NCBI GenBank assembly: GCA_001643675.2
Contig: LSRY02000015.1
Coordinates: 806,001 to 870,000, forward strand
Length of the DNA stretch: 64,000 nt
Reading direction: 5' to 3'
Source of the DNA: Monocercomonoides exilis PA203
Taxonomy: Eukaryota > Protista > Preaxostyla
Position numbers and translations under genes: made by a program. The stretch's first letter is position 1, and each line of letters starts with the position of its first letter. A model generated the notes under the pieces. That model did no database searches, was not told where the DNA came from, and was given only the letters and a program-made list of their open reading frames with translations. Shown here in pieces: positions 50,301 through 59,612 of the stretch.

Positions 50301-52360
50301 CAACATCAATACAAACATCTATGCCAGCTGCATCTTCGATTCCCCTGCCCCTTCCACTGCCTATGTCCCTCACCACACAACGTGCTTACCCAGCTGGCGT
50401 GCTGCTTCAACACCCTTTTTACTCTTCTCCATTCAATCCGTATCAGTTCAGCCCTTCGCAGCTCACTCCTGTTCAGCTTACTCTTCTTCGTGCTGGTTAC
50501 AATCCATTTGCCCCTCCCTTTTGTTCAGCAGCTGTGCCATCATCATTATCAGCATCAGCAGCTGCTGCCCTATCTTCATCACAAAGCAATATGCTTATGC
50601 GTCCGCTTGCTGAACAAACTGTATCGATTTCTTCTGCAGCTTCTTCGGCGTTTGCTACAGGCTTCCAGCAACCCTCCGCTCCTTCGTTCTCTCCTTCCTC
50701 TCCCTCTTCTCTTGCTTCGGCATCTGCATCGTCTGCATCGACTGTGCCATCGTTGTCCTCAACCTCACTGTGTTCCATTCCATCTTCTTTTAATTCTACT
50801 TCTTCTTCTTCGATTTCATTTTCTTCTTCTTCTTCTTCTTCTTCTCTTTCTTTCTTTTCTCCTTCTTCCTCTTCTTCCTCTTCTTCCTCTCCATCTTTTT
50901 CTCCTTCTCTCTCTTCCTTCGGACAAAGATGCGAAGCAGTGAAGAGATCTACATTGCCTGAGCAGCCGTCACCGCTGCGGGAGTCGTTTACTCTTCCTTC
51001 AAATGAGCATAATGAATTCCAAACTGGCCAAAGTTCATTGTCTGCCTCTGCATCTTTGCATTCTTCTGCTTCTTTTTCTGCTTCTTCTTGTTCTCCTTCT
51101 TCAACCTTTTCTTCCTGTTCTCCTTCTTCTTTTCCTTCTTCTCTTTCTTCTTCTCCATCATGTGTTCCAACAGTAACATCATCATCAGCATCAACAACAA
51201 CAAAGGCCAAGGCATCTTCCAGCAATCCACTCAAAATGCTGCCGTATCTGCTCATCCCTCCAATCGTTGTGCATCCAGCGCTGAAAAAGCTCACAAACTC
51301 GAAAACACACCCGCCCGAAATCAACGGAATGTTACGTGATTTCTATGAAATTCTCAACATTTACAAAATTGTTAAGAAATTCCTCGAAATCACAGACGAA
51401 AAAGCGAATATCACGCCAAATGTGCTTATGCAGATCCAGCAGAAGCTCGCGAGCACACCAAAATTGGATAAGTCTGTTGGAAATCAAAGAAAAATGGAAA
51501 AATCTGGTTCTGATTCTGTTTCATCATCTTCTTCTTCTTCCTTTTCTTCTTCTTCTTTTTCTTCTTCTTCTGCCTCAACATTCGCAATCACCGAAGAGAA
51601 CATAGCAAAAGCAGTTGCATTTCTGAGGCACGAAATTCCAGAGCCCACCCCAAAAACATCAGAAGTGAAAGGAACAAGCAGCAAAAGAAGGAGAAAAGAA
51701 GATTCGGCTTATTTAAGCGACGATGAGAAAGTGATTCTGGCAGCAGCGTTGGACATGTTGCACAGAATTATCATCAACTGGATGCAGATATATCGCAAAA
51801 GAAGGCAAAAAAATAGCAAACCGCTTGAACAAGAGCAAAAAACGAACTTAAAACAAAACCAGAAGCAAATAAAAAATTCGAAGAAAAATCAAAATAACAA
51901 ATCCAAACAGAAGGGAAAGGAAGAGAAGCAGCAAGGCAGTAGCAAAGGATACGAAGCAGGGCGCGGTTGCTTCGACGGGCAGTTCCGGTGGGTGGGCGAA
52001 GACACTCACACAACAGAAGCTCATTCAGAATCGTCGCTTGCTCCTGGTACTGCTCATATGACTGTTCCTATTCCTGTTACTGCTTCTGTTCCTATTCCGG
52101 TTCATGTTCATGTTCCTTTTCCTTCACCTTTTCCTGTTTCTGGTTCGGTTTCTGCTTCTGCTTCTGCCTCAGCCTCAGTCTCAGCATCGAACTCAGCCTT
52201 TGCTTCTGCTTCAGTCCTAAGCCATGTTCATATTCCAAGTCCACTTATTGCCCCCATTCATATGCCTGTTCCAGATCCATCTGCTGCTTCAGTTCAAAGT
52301 CCCTTGGTTGCTTCTGTTGCCTCAGCACGCCTTCACAATGAAGGTTCCTCAAGACAGTAA
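41369..52360 (+). CDS. Hypothetical 3663-aa low-complexity protein (Ser-, Glu/Asp-, Gln/Asn-rich) with short globular-looking islands
   Basis: Uninterrupted 11-kb ORF with higher GC than its flanks. No domain recognised. Confidence 0.75.
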   Translation: MEDSHSNVTCDESENCELTNNMSFLQNMQNGSICNDPCQSTDPALKPSTDGLSRCAVPLQSNTMSTLTQPTQNLQVASPGSEESENSTETHEIHRSIDNTTACSSEILSTTDFKSNNDNLTNLAKDNEETSSSNQSQQNFEETAQTSTPCIQSNDTPVSSRIINVSTPSSTSRSDLLFEDHFFTPLTNHTERSTFETPICNRLSPTCDRVVQCEDQNCIEKAEPTQTPSKNASSTLGANLQTETHEQEIECDRACCELQENEKETGKEDEKITSENCLESREESKASAESRLSQEKEPAQEQEKKQEQKQEPTLVETKETREIRKRMKTHTAFLERHAGQNGSKIEEELLENEEIFDLEVFASEITWTEAPLPISMEVELIMPMPISMPMPLSVQVPTPLESEEEANISSGNRDVINNGCEDNSMSSLCKEPSEILALNSFTSTGFEGAGGSLDFCGAQPDMGRPDDLPVVIAEEGVEESNEPFLADSHLTIQSEKEIRQVFDTTDTQNDGRYSILSGTALGTDRTFEERFPTLSRLVLPDEQTGVTSSASEPSSNSVSTYASSYSEAENTEREGDSLSPSLMDGYLKSTPLPISPILDVTKHDKSVFRDLDYYCERIDDNELKEGKEKEDDKEKRVYSDRDECKYDDDDDDDDKEDMFSEMISKSKKQNVFTYSSYTDGSSKENDDYNKHGLNSEKEEEWTFLPDNLDMHASDGVQRLIGKDGAAKRYESESSYTHFSDTYNMEKYETGAGIGFDVECIKYYLSDCEEESEAEQDLVVIPFKMNGRGKQRNCEAIKNSKNEMSKLLQTSLKFLMKKTDLNKKCFRNEESKEEEEDDDEDEDDDDDEGELFAQIPFGDYFKDEKVRREEYECVGKKPMETEAKMFLGKERIMQIKRISGKRFRSDMSSDEGDEDEEEDDEEDDDDDDDEDDEDYDDDEEEEEEEEEEEEEEEDTSDSTYSETESGSKSEDDYSFKRKRHRKFCFKCPLRKLTKKTRRISIKSALSLPILKNDEVEKKEETADTNEEKSEPSSNEKEASQSPLLPSSSQSLLCDTTNENSDKSICHDDNKKIDNDNGNDDNADNPKLFRSDSLPCAAPWRLARAVASPIHVAFTGTGQTTTAAAATTTETNTQNNANANENNNNGINVNVNNNANINNQNPADVQPNQRVQIAQLVQPDQPIQQVQQVHPVQVIQPAQATLNTQATQPIQSAQPMLFTQPTQPSPLQHPLNETPLNTAGPQLLSGFGSPSSEFSQNSPEIAASDGVLNGAMFSSPSGLSSPAMNASSTCGTVRPTLLNADSNQPSPASSAAFASPSPFLSFSMTATPASTEFSPQPLVMSEITPQLVASPALVPALSPSIFSMHHQQQQQQNQQNLRNQQNLFHPPNAQQLYSPPPSLPLSLPQTRLQIAEAVSIPSSSQTAFVTSNMRPFPAVEGASASAAPFPPLSSSSSSSSSLSSSTAQGSLPSLPSMICAASSSNQSSTASASSSAIAVGSDLNYASNQNTNANTNSNSSVSTNRSPSPPCAVNLNVHSPQSSFNQSARSEGNGASINFITQPATEINPSISSGNSAMENAQRLMDHSPQIAQNSFGAMGVQSSPNAASVLSLPSASPSLSSSSSSSSTPSLFSSSSSSSSFASSSIGFSSIKPSDILPFSPRSQFPNYNVTHQFHTSTDPSSPVTPSSPLVLSSSPSPPSPSPSPSSVLSSGSSPLYPSSSSCLLYSSPLTSSTASASSESPESQSSFDSSFSFADKAVLKFAPSHYSLPVPLGSKYLPLFTLKPTSSYAMCSSYSATNTTFSDQAYAPCGAGTMTPKAIALTHLRKLNERSLPLQFSIAATMKVVQVPPTIVGFVGCDGKEGGEEGEGEREMERDSESERERKRKQKRKRKSEGENEREEESENESENESENVSLQVSPVNLSFGGGIIAPPSPTDSSSASDSMLVSDLSLASETASSSSSSSVSVSSSSSSSSLPSSSSSSSKRSRRCQPLLLLEEDMCHKRSAIAPFFATFSYFNICQGAHSKITEAIDTSAYDGRLDPERKASKDEKLVGQLLETVRCLQNEIKQVDASQSEDDEKTEFERKSAYAAYEASMNYCPISDQADNFGVPEREFMSPYDEMSPLTRAASSIPRLTDMEPSAIVSELHRRIKANGRFDERSVETVVCEFIAESADLQDGELAALFACPDCPQSIGQLHTQTTTEGEAAFAEVSLSSLPSAAASSTTSSSSLSIVSSETDSASSSSSSSSQLVSAFSSIMSMLITLLARSSKQQSLEAKRALKIRLPPALNPNEQCLTALVFCPNRLHPLFVHSTRQILKAKKIRQDLVSYVHSPEYSLRCVLDNIECLPFPHNVHGFVYGLDIVTVPCNSSSSSSSSSSSSSTLPNQPQLCEPRAFPLINLPNDFLTLHELFWRLLLDLPKIGGMRIIPFSAAVAALGETAAWELMQTCALIWRLSGDLEELERVDGDDLFVAEDDELEMEWECCGGLEEKEKRETEMEMEAEDEESMKESVEGGMDEDSCRMDAEEEEAEVKVVEDVEGVDCDIGMEYDETVGEREEEMDVERGKEEKEVEKVKEMKEREEKKRYEKDKRKYVRENEDDDDESTDPTAKSHKGLMQILSTFIKNNADCENSSATANKSESRVFQLLWAITARIDKLKKVNVKDGCSSNWVEWSAEHLTRIVDRAMEEEEKEEEEEEEVEEEGVEEIEGKKKEEEGKGKEKKMSTVSGVDFNGSEVLCSARSTGSFDISVLDGQESGCGSSSSSSNSSDSSLRLCSRSLSHTSSSSSLSSSSSSSSSSSISSSSTQPDSCPSSQCEFPPSITIPLSICRLFGFSEEETSLSSPFRSASTAAAPSAHSPSAKPLSAEPSHSCSQLPPFNPFACSFSHSGPSSSVCSRAYSNVRPSSLSSSLSSSCMSSYASTNVPFAQPAAQQAGSNPFCPVTSQTPMHSPSSLASTSASASASVPSSNSSLNLSSTSMPMSMPTSIQTSMPAASSIPLPLPLPMSLTTQRAYPAGVLLQHPFYSSPFNPYQFSPSQLTPVQLTLLRAGYNPFAPPFCSAAVPSSLSASAAAALSSSQSNMLMRPLAEQTVSISSAASSAFATGFQQPSAPSFSPSSPSSLASASASSASTVPSLSSTSLCSIPSSFNSTSSSSISFSSSSSSSSLSFFSPSSSSSSSSSPSFSPSLSSFGQRCEAVKRSTLPEQPSPLRESFTLPSNEHNEFQTGQSSLSASASLHSSASFSASSCSPSSTFSSCSPSSFPSSLSSSPSCVPTVTSSSASTTTKAKASSSNPLKMLPYLLIPPIVVHPALKKLTNSKTHPPEINGMLRDFYEILNIYKIVKKFLEITDEKANITPNVLMQIQQKLASTPKLDKSVGNQRKMEKSGSDSVSSSSSSSFSSSSFSSSSASTFAITEENIAKAVAFLRHEIPEPTPKTSEVKGTSSKRRRKEDSAYLSDDEKVILAAALDMLHRIIINWMQIYRKRRQKNSKPLEQEQKTNLKQNQKQIKNSKKNQNNKSKQKGKEEKQQGSSKGYEAGRGCFDGQFRWVGEDTHTTEAHSESSLAPGTAHMTVPIPVTASVPIPVHVHVPFPSPFPVSGSVSASASASASVSASNSAFASASVLSHVHIPSPLIAPIHMPVPDPSAASVQSPLVASVASARLHNEGSSRQ

Positions 52361-53440
52361 TTATGTTGCTTCTATGAAAGAAGAAGAAAAGAAGGGAAAA
52401 AAAGAGGAGGAGGAAAAAAATAAAGAAGAAGAGATTATTTTGATTGGAGAAGTTTAAAAAGTGTTTTTTAGTTATTGTTTTTTGTGAAATAAAAAATTAT
52501 TTGTTTATATCAGCACCTCTTATTCTGCTTATTCTTCTTGATAATTTCCATATCAAGACGCAAACACACATAGGAATTAGACAGCTTTGTTTTATGAATT
52601 GTATTCCAACGGAGACCTCTTAAATGCGGTCAGGAGTTCTTTTTTTAATTTATTGAATGTCAAAATTGTAATCTTTTTGTTTTCTTTTATTTGTATTTTA
52701 TTTTTATTTATATTTTATTTTGTTTTTATTTTGTTTTTATTTTGTTTTTATTTTGTTTTTATTTTGTTTTTTATATTTTTCTTTTTTATATTTTTTTATA
52801 TTTTTTATTTTGAGTTTCTTTTTATTGATCTTATTGTTTTCATGTTCTCATATTTTCTAAGTCATAAAATGTTACTCTCCACTGTCAAATGTTTTTTTTT
52901 ATTTGCTTTGTTATTCGGTGCTTTATTTTGAAAGTCCTCATTCTTATAATTTTGAATTTAATTTTTATTTCAAAACAGCTGTCTTTATCCCTGTTTAATT
53001 TTGTTTTTATATATTTTATTGTTTTTAATATTCCTTTTATTTATTATATTCGCTTTTAATAGTGTTGCGTTTTGAGGCTTTTTATTGTGCATTGCATGAA
53101 TATTTGCGTTGAATGATGTTTTCTTCTTTTCTCTTCACCATTTTCAGATTATTTTATTTATTTATACGATCATACCTGTTCTTATTCTTCCCATCTATTC
53201 AAAAAAAAAAAGATTATATTTCTATTTTGACCATTTTGATATTTTTGGAAGACTTTTATTCGGGTTTATTTTTATTAATCCTTCCAACTATCTGTCATAT
53301 CTTATTCATATCAAAGTATATTATTAAAATTGTTAGGACTTGTTCTCGAATAATTTTTCAGAATTTATTTTTGGATGCAAAAAAATTATGTGAATAACAA
53401 TTGTAATGGGGATTACCCATAGTAAAAGTCTGAAAGCTCA

Positions 53441-54753
53441 ATGGGAAAATCAGGCTTTAAACAGCATAACAAACCGTTCAAAGGTTCTGGATCCGGTCAT
53501 AGGCTACCAATAAGTCAGAGATTTAAAGGTGTTGCTCAAGTTAAGCGTTCAAAAGCCGCTTCTGCTTTGATTGAAAGCAAATTAGAAAGAAAGAGCAAAT
53601 CCAAACAAAATATAAAACAACAAAGAAATTTGATCATGTCTAAAGCAAGGTCATATGGCCAAGAAAGAGCTTCAAAGCTTATATTTTTCGTTTCTTTGAA
53701 TAAAACTGGTGATTCTATGGCTGCAATGAAACAATTTCTGTCAAAGTGTGAGATAGCAATACAATCGTCTGAAGATGTTCGCTTTGGATCGATACATGTC
53801 GCATATCATCATGGAACAAAACAATTTTTGACTTTTATTTGCGTTGACGCTGTTCAAACGACTTCGTTTCTTGATTTGTGTTCAATTGCTGACATCACTT
53901 GTTTTGTAACTCAAATGCCACAAGTTGGAGCAAAAGTCGAATCTCTTTCAAAGAAAGATGTTATTGATATGCAAGGAGAGACTTTATTGAGGATTGCAGG
54001 TGGAGTTGGCTTGCCATCACCTTTTTTGTTTGTTCAAAATACTTCAACAATTGCTTTTACACATCTCGCAAAACTGAAACGTTCAATTCAGACAATAGCA
54101 GAAGATTACATCTTTATGAATTGTAAAGCTCTTTTCGATTCAGATTTAAATGACGCTGTGAAGACAGTTGCAATGTCTCTTCCTCGTGAGATCAAATGGC
54201 ATAATATTCACCCTTCGCTTCTTGCTATCGGTGCTCAGATTTCGCAAACTGCATCCCCATTGAATGCGGGTCAGCCAACCTCAAACTATGGGGAGCAAAG
54301 AGTCAATTTAAATGTCACTGGAGAATTGCGAGGTAACTGCATGTCTGCGAACCAGCTTGTGACAATTCCTGACTTGGGTGATTTTGAAGTCAGTGCGATC
54401 ACAAAACACGGGAAGCTGGGCTTCTACGGGTCCGGTATGTCCGTCAAAGAATATGCCGCGTCGCTCCTGTCGAAGTCTGTACTCTGCGACCAGCAGTGCC
54501 CTGTGTGTGCGGAAGAGCTGGAGCAGTTTGCAGAAGGTGATACGTCAGATATTGGTGTGTGGACGGAGCAAGACGAGCAGATGGGTGGAAGCGGGATGGA
54601 TGTTGTGGCAGGAGCAGGGGCAGGAGGGGAAGGGACGAGGAAGCTGACGAAAAAGGAGAAAAGGCTGGCGAAGATGCGTGTGCCGAAGGGGACGTCGGCG
54701 TATCAGGCGAGTTGGATCACACCAGAAATGGATTTGTCTGAATATGATGACAG

Positions 54754-54786
<33 letters not shown>

Positions 54787-57352
54787 CAGCGAAAATGGGA
54801 ATGGAGAAGAGGAGGAACAGTTGGACGGGATGAGAAAGAGGACGAAAAAGAAAAGTGCCAAAGGAAGTAGTGAAACGGATATGCAACAAGATACTCCTTC
54901 TTCTTCCTCCTCCTCCTCCTCCTCCTCTTCTCAGGACAAGAGTCTTGCCGCTGTCCTCTCAGAAGACATCGCCGAGGCAGCCAATTCAGTCAGCTCAGCT
55001 GTGGGGAACATCACAAACGAAGACGAAGCAGCGTTAAGAGCACTTGACGATGAGACCGTTTCTGTTCTCGAGCTGAAGCTGGCTGAAGAACAGAGCGAGA
55101 AAGCGAAGCTGACACAAATGCTGCAGCAGGAGAGCGAGAGAGACGAGACGGAGTTTCCAGATGAGATAGAAATCCCTGTGGGCGTGTCAGCACGCGATGT
55201 GCTGGCTGGCTTCAGGGGATTACGTTCACTTGCTTCGTCGCCGTGGGATCCGAGCGAAGGTTTGCCAGCAGAATATTCGAGGATTTATCAGTTCTCCGGA
55301 ATAGGGCAGACAGAGAGGGAGGTGATGAAGGAGGCAAAAGTGTGGAAGAGGAGGAAGTTGGTCGAGCTGGAGATGAAGAGAGAGGAAGAGGAAGAGAAGG
55401 AGGCAGGTGGAGATGGGATGGGTGCAGTGAAGGAATCGAATGCAATGGACACAGAAGATGGAGGTGCTGCTGGTAGCTCTTCAGCAGCGGCTGTTGTTCG
55501 TCTTGAAGATGTGGATAACCTCACACTCAATGAATTGCATCCTCAATCAAATTCTTCTTCTTCTTCTTCTTCTTCTTCTTCTTCTTCTTTTGAAATGCAA
55601 AATGATGATAACAGCCACATCCGCCCGTTCCCTGCCTCGCCTGGTGACTTCATCACCATCACACTGAAGAATATTCCGCTGTCAACCGCCAACATCATCC
55701 TTGCCTTCTTCTTCGCTTCTCCGTCTGCCGCAGCTGCTGTCTCTTCTTCTCTTCCTCCTGCTTCCTCTCAAACCCTCTCCGGAACAAGCTTCCCCTCTTT
55801 CTCACTTCCTGGCCAATGCCCAACTCAGCCTGCTCTGCTCACTCAAGATGCTGCTGTGCAAATGCTCTCGGCGCCTTCGATGCATCCGCTTGCCCTTTTC
55901 GGCCTGTTGAGACACGAACACAAAGTGTCGGTGATGCACTTCAACCTCAACTTCCTCCCTCCTGTCGGATATCAAGGCGCTTCTTCTTCTGCTTCTTCTT
56001 CCTCTTCTTCCTCTGAAAAAAGCCAATCTGCTCCCACTCCGCAGACGCTGGCACGATCAACTGTGCTTCCGGCGTTCGGACAGTCTTCGCTTTTCAATCA
56101 GTTTGCTTCGTCGCCTGTGCCTTCTGCCCCTGCCCCTGCTCTTGGTCTTGCTCCATTTCATCAGCCTCTTCTCTCCTCTGGCTTCTCTCCTCTCACTTCA
56201 CAGCTGTCTTCTTCTTCTTCCTCCTCTTCTTCTTCCTCTTCTTCTCTAATCATCCCCAGCGGCGCGCCTCTCCTCTGCCAGGTGGGCTGCCGGCGCTTCG
56301 TGTGCCGCCCAATCTACTCGACAGGCTCAGCTCGTTTGTCTCAGAAGGCAAAAGGGAAGCTTTTGAAGGAAGTGGATGTGGGAAATGGAGGAGGCGCAGT
56401 GGTGGCAAGTGCGTATGTGCCTGTGTCGTTTGGGAAGGTGCCTGTGCTGGCGTTTCAGATGGGCGGGGGAAGAGGAGGGAAAGAGGCAGAGGTTGGATGG
56501 CATCTGCCAGCGAGTGGAGAACAAGGAGGGAGTTTCATGGGATTTTCATATCCTTCTTCTATTGCTTCTTCAAATTCTTCCGTTTCTTCGATTTCTTCTT
56601 CTTCTTCTCTTCAGCAGCGCAAGCAGCAGACGATGCAGGCGATGGCTGCAGGGTGTCCGCAGTCTCAGCTAATACACGTGGCGACAGGCAATGTCCATTC
56701 GATCGATGCGAACAGGCTGATCATTCAGAGGGTGATTCTCACTGGATACCCACTCAAAGTGAGGAAGAGGGTCGCAATTGTGAGGTGGATGTTCTTTACG
56801 CCATGTGTGTTGATGAGGGGGGTAATTTTTTTGTTTGACTTTTTCCTTTTTTTTACAAAAAATTAATTTGTGTGCTTTTTTGAATGATTGACTGATGAAC
56901 TTTTTTGTCTGCAACTAAAATTTTTAATTTTAACCCTTGCATTCATTATGAAATTACATCGACTTTTCCATTTTAATCTTTTTCTCTTTATCCTTCTTCA
57001 TTTCTTCCTTTTCAATCTCTTTCAATTTTTTATTTATTCATTCTTTAATTTAATTTTTCATTCAATCATTTATTTATTTATTTATTTATTTTTCCACACT
57101 CCAGCCGACATCGAGTGGTTCAAGCCGGTTGACCTGTGGACGCGCAAGGGTCGCTCTGGGCGCATCAAGGAGCCTCTGGGCACACACGGGCACTTCAAAG
57201 CCATCTTCGATGCGCCTTTGACACAGGCAGACACAGTGTGTATGTCGCTCTATCGGAGAGAGTTTCCAGTGTGGCGAGGAACTGCTGTGCCAGGCGTGGT
57301 GTTGAGCTACCCGCAGGGAGAAAGAGTCGTTGGGGAAAAGGTTCTTCAATAG
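53441..57352 (+). CDS. TSR1: Pre-rRNA-processing protein TSR1 (Bms1-like 40S biogenesis factor), 2 exons
   Basis: [11 protein letters not shown]-terminus, [41 protein letters not shown]...[42 protein letters not shown]|SDIEWFKP...[11 protein letters not shown]...[13 protein letters not shown]. Intron 56805-57104. Confidence 0.95.
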
Positions 57353-57737
57353 GAAGGATGAGAAGGGGGAGGAGAGAAAGAAAGAAAGAAAGAATGTGTG
57401 TGTTGGTTGGAATTAGCAGTACAGATTGTTCATGTTGTACTTAAGTTCCCTCGAAGTTATTTGCAATTTGAGAAAAGAAAGCCATATTCTTTTGCATTAG
57501 CGTTCTTTCACTTCGTTTATTCATATCGCTAAATGCAAAATATGGTAATTATAAATAACAAGAATTCAGGAAAGTTTATTTTGAAAAATAACTGTTGAAA
57601 AAGATAAGGGATTTCGCAAGAAGTTTTTAGATAATAGAAATGACAATAAATGACGCATGTTTTCTTTTGGAATGGTATGAGACGCAATAACAAAATTATA
57701 AAAACAAATAAAAACATAAGTCCAGATAAGATAATAT

Positions 57738-58628
57738 TTACAATTCAATGGCTCCGTGTTTGCTTGCATCATACTTTTCAGATGTAAAAAATAAAACGAA
57801 TAATAAAAAAAAAAAAAAAAATAACATACAAATTAATGAAGCAATTTAAAATTTTAAAAATAATTTATACTTTAAGTTCCTTAATAAGTCTTGATCCATC
57901 AGGCTGTAAGTCTCCAACAAATGTTGCTTTTGTATCATGACGAACTTTTGCATGAGCTTTCTCTTCAAGTCTTTGCAGAGGGGATAAGCCTTTCTTTGGT
58001 TTATTTTTCATATCCATAAGATCAATGATATATGTGAGTTCGGCATTTGCTAAATAAAAAAAGAAACATTCATTTTAGAATTAAAAATGTTTTAAAATAT
58101 TCGGATACGTGGAATTTGATCTGGAATTCCTGCTTCTCCGTATGCAAGCTCCGCTGGGACAATAAGTTTTCTCTTTTCCCCAACACACATATCAAGAAGT
58201 CCTTCCTCCCATCCTGTTTTAATAATCAAATATATTTTCCTTTATAAAATCTTTTATTAATGGAGGAAAGGACTAAACCTTTTATGACATGACCTTCTCC
58301 AAGTCGAAAAGAGAAAGGTTCCTTTCTTGACCAAGAATTATCGAATTCTTCGCCAGTTTCGCTCACCGTTCCCACATAATGCACCTGGAATCCAAAAAGA
58401 ATAGATTCAAAAAGAAAAAAATAAAAAGAAACAAAACAAAAATAAAAACAAAAAGCAAACTGAAACTTTGCATCCTTTTCTTGTTTTTTCGGAGCAATCA
58501 TCTGGTTTCATTAAAGTGATGATCTTTACTTTTGGTGTTTCCGATTCTCCCCCATTCTCCTCTTTTTTGGGCTCCTCGTCTGCAAAACTGGACAAAATCA
58601 AAAACAACACTGAAAAAGAAACCAGCAT
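57738..58628 (-). CDS. Secretory-pathway FKBP-type peptidyl-prolyl isomerase (FKBP2/FKBP13-like), about 5 exons
   Basis: Signal peptide; [10 protein letters not shown]|VHYVG...[23 protein letters not shown]|[28 protein letters not shown]...IPP|[10 protein letters not shown]. Predicted last exon 57738-57773 gives ...HGAIEL*. Confidence 0.88.
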
Positions 58629-59018
58629 TTATTGCAGCAATTATGTTCAATATTAAATAAGGGTTAGATCAATTTTAGTATAATAACATTATGATGGAAC
58701 TCAATTTTTTTTGGCAATAAAATTATTTGAAAAAAAATGATATTTGAATTAATAAAAATAAGCACAATTGATATTGTTTTAGAAAACCTTTCACAGAACG
58801 TGAAAATAAAAACAATATCATTTTCTTTATTAACGATATTCAAAAATAATTACGAAATACTATCAAAAGAGTTTAACACATCAATTTTTTTTTTTTCCTC
58901 TTGACTTCTAGTTATTTTTTTTATCTAATTAATTATGTTTAATGTTTTTTAAAGTGTTATTTGTTCTCCATTCAGAAGATGAACCAAAAGAAATTTTAAA
59001 ACAACATTTAGTTGGTGT

Positions 59019-59072
59019 GGAAACACGAGCCAGGGAGGAAACCCGAGCCAGTGAGGAAACCCGAGCCAGTGA
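59019..59072 (+). repeat. Three tandem copies of an 18-bp GC-rich unit (GGAAACCCGAGCCAGTGA)
   Basis: ggaaacacgagccaggga / ggaaacccgagccagtga / ggaaacccgagccagtga. Confidence 0.85.
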
Positions 59073-59124
59073 TCTTTTTTCAAACATTTTTCATTTTTTC
59101 ATCGATGAACAATTTGAAAAAAAC

Positions 59125-59612
59125 GAAATAATTTGGTAAAAGGAGATGATAGGGGAACACGAAATTTTCAAATTTTTTATTATAAACGGACATAAAATAG
59201 TATAAGAATCATTTATTAATTAATTAAAATTTGAGATCATCAATCACAAAAATTTCTTATTTTCAATCAAAACATTTTGATCTGACCCAGTATTTTTTTA
59301 GTGAATTTGGTTTAAATTTTAAAAAATCACCACATTAATAGATTGGTTTATGTTCTAGGGTTAGCGTAACATATCTTGGGTTTAGGGTTTGTTCCCATTC
59401 TTCCTTTTATGGTTAGCACTCAAAAATAACATGAAAGTTTATTGATCTATCCCATAAATATTAAGAATCCTTGATTATCATTTATCAAAAAAATTAGATG
59501 ATCTCAAATTTATAATAATTAATAAATGATTCTTATACTATATAGAATTCGTTAATAATAAAAAATTTGAAAAATTCGAGTTCCCCTATAATATACATTT
59601 ACCAATAATTTC
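59125..59612. mobile_element. MITE-like element, family D, with ~115-bp terminal inverted repeats
   Basis: ataggggaacacgaaattttcaaattttttattat...tagtataagaatcatttattaatt...aaatttgagatcatc (59149-59241) is mirrored by gatgatctcaaattt...aataaatgattcttatacta...aaaaaatttgaaaaattcgagttcccctat (59497-59589). Weaker pairing extends outward. Confidence 0.75.

Noticed and set aside
52587-53400. Phe/Ile/Leu-rich short ORFs that look like membrane proteins (also ~16577 and ~37023)
   Set aside because: They are translations of T-rich 3' UTR/intergenic tracts.
30200-56650. Numerous antisense or alternate-frame poly-Glu, poly-Lys and poly-Leu ORFs overlapping the big genes
   Set aside because: They are by-products of (TCT/GAA)n repeats that lack stop codons in other frames. 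No independent coding signal.
59019-59072. Possible CRISPR-like array
   Set aside because: The repeats are directly tandem with no spacers, the context is eukaryotic, and there are no cas genes.
59355-59395. Telomere-like TTAGGG/TTTAGGG motifs (also ~14741 and ~58660)
   Set aside because: Only one or two degenerate units each; not an array.
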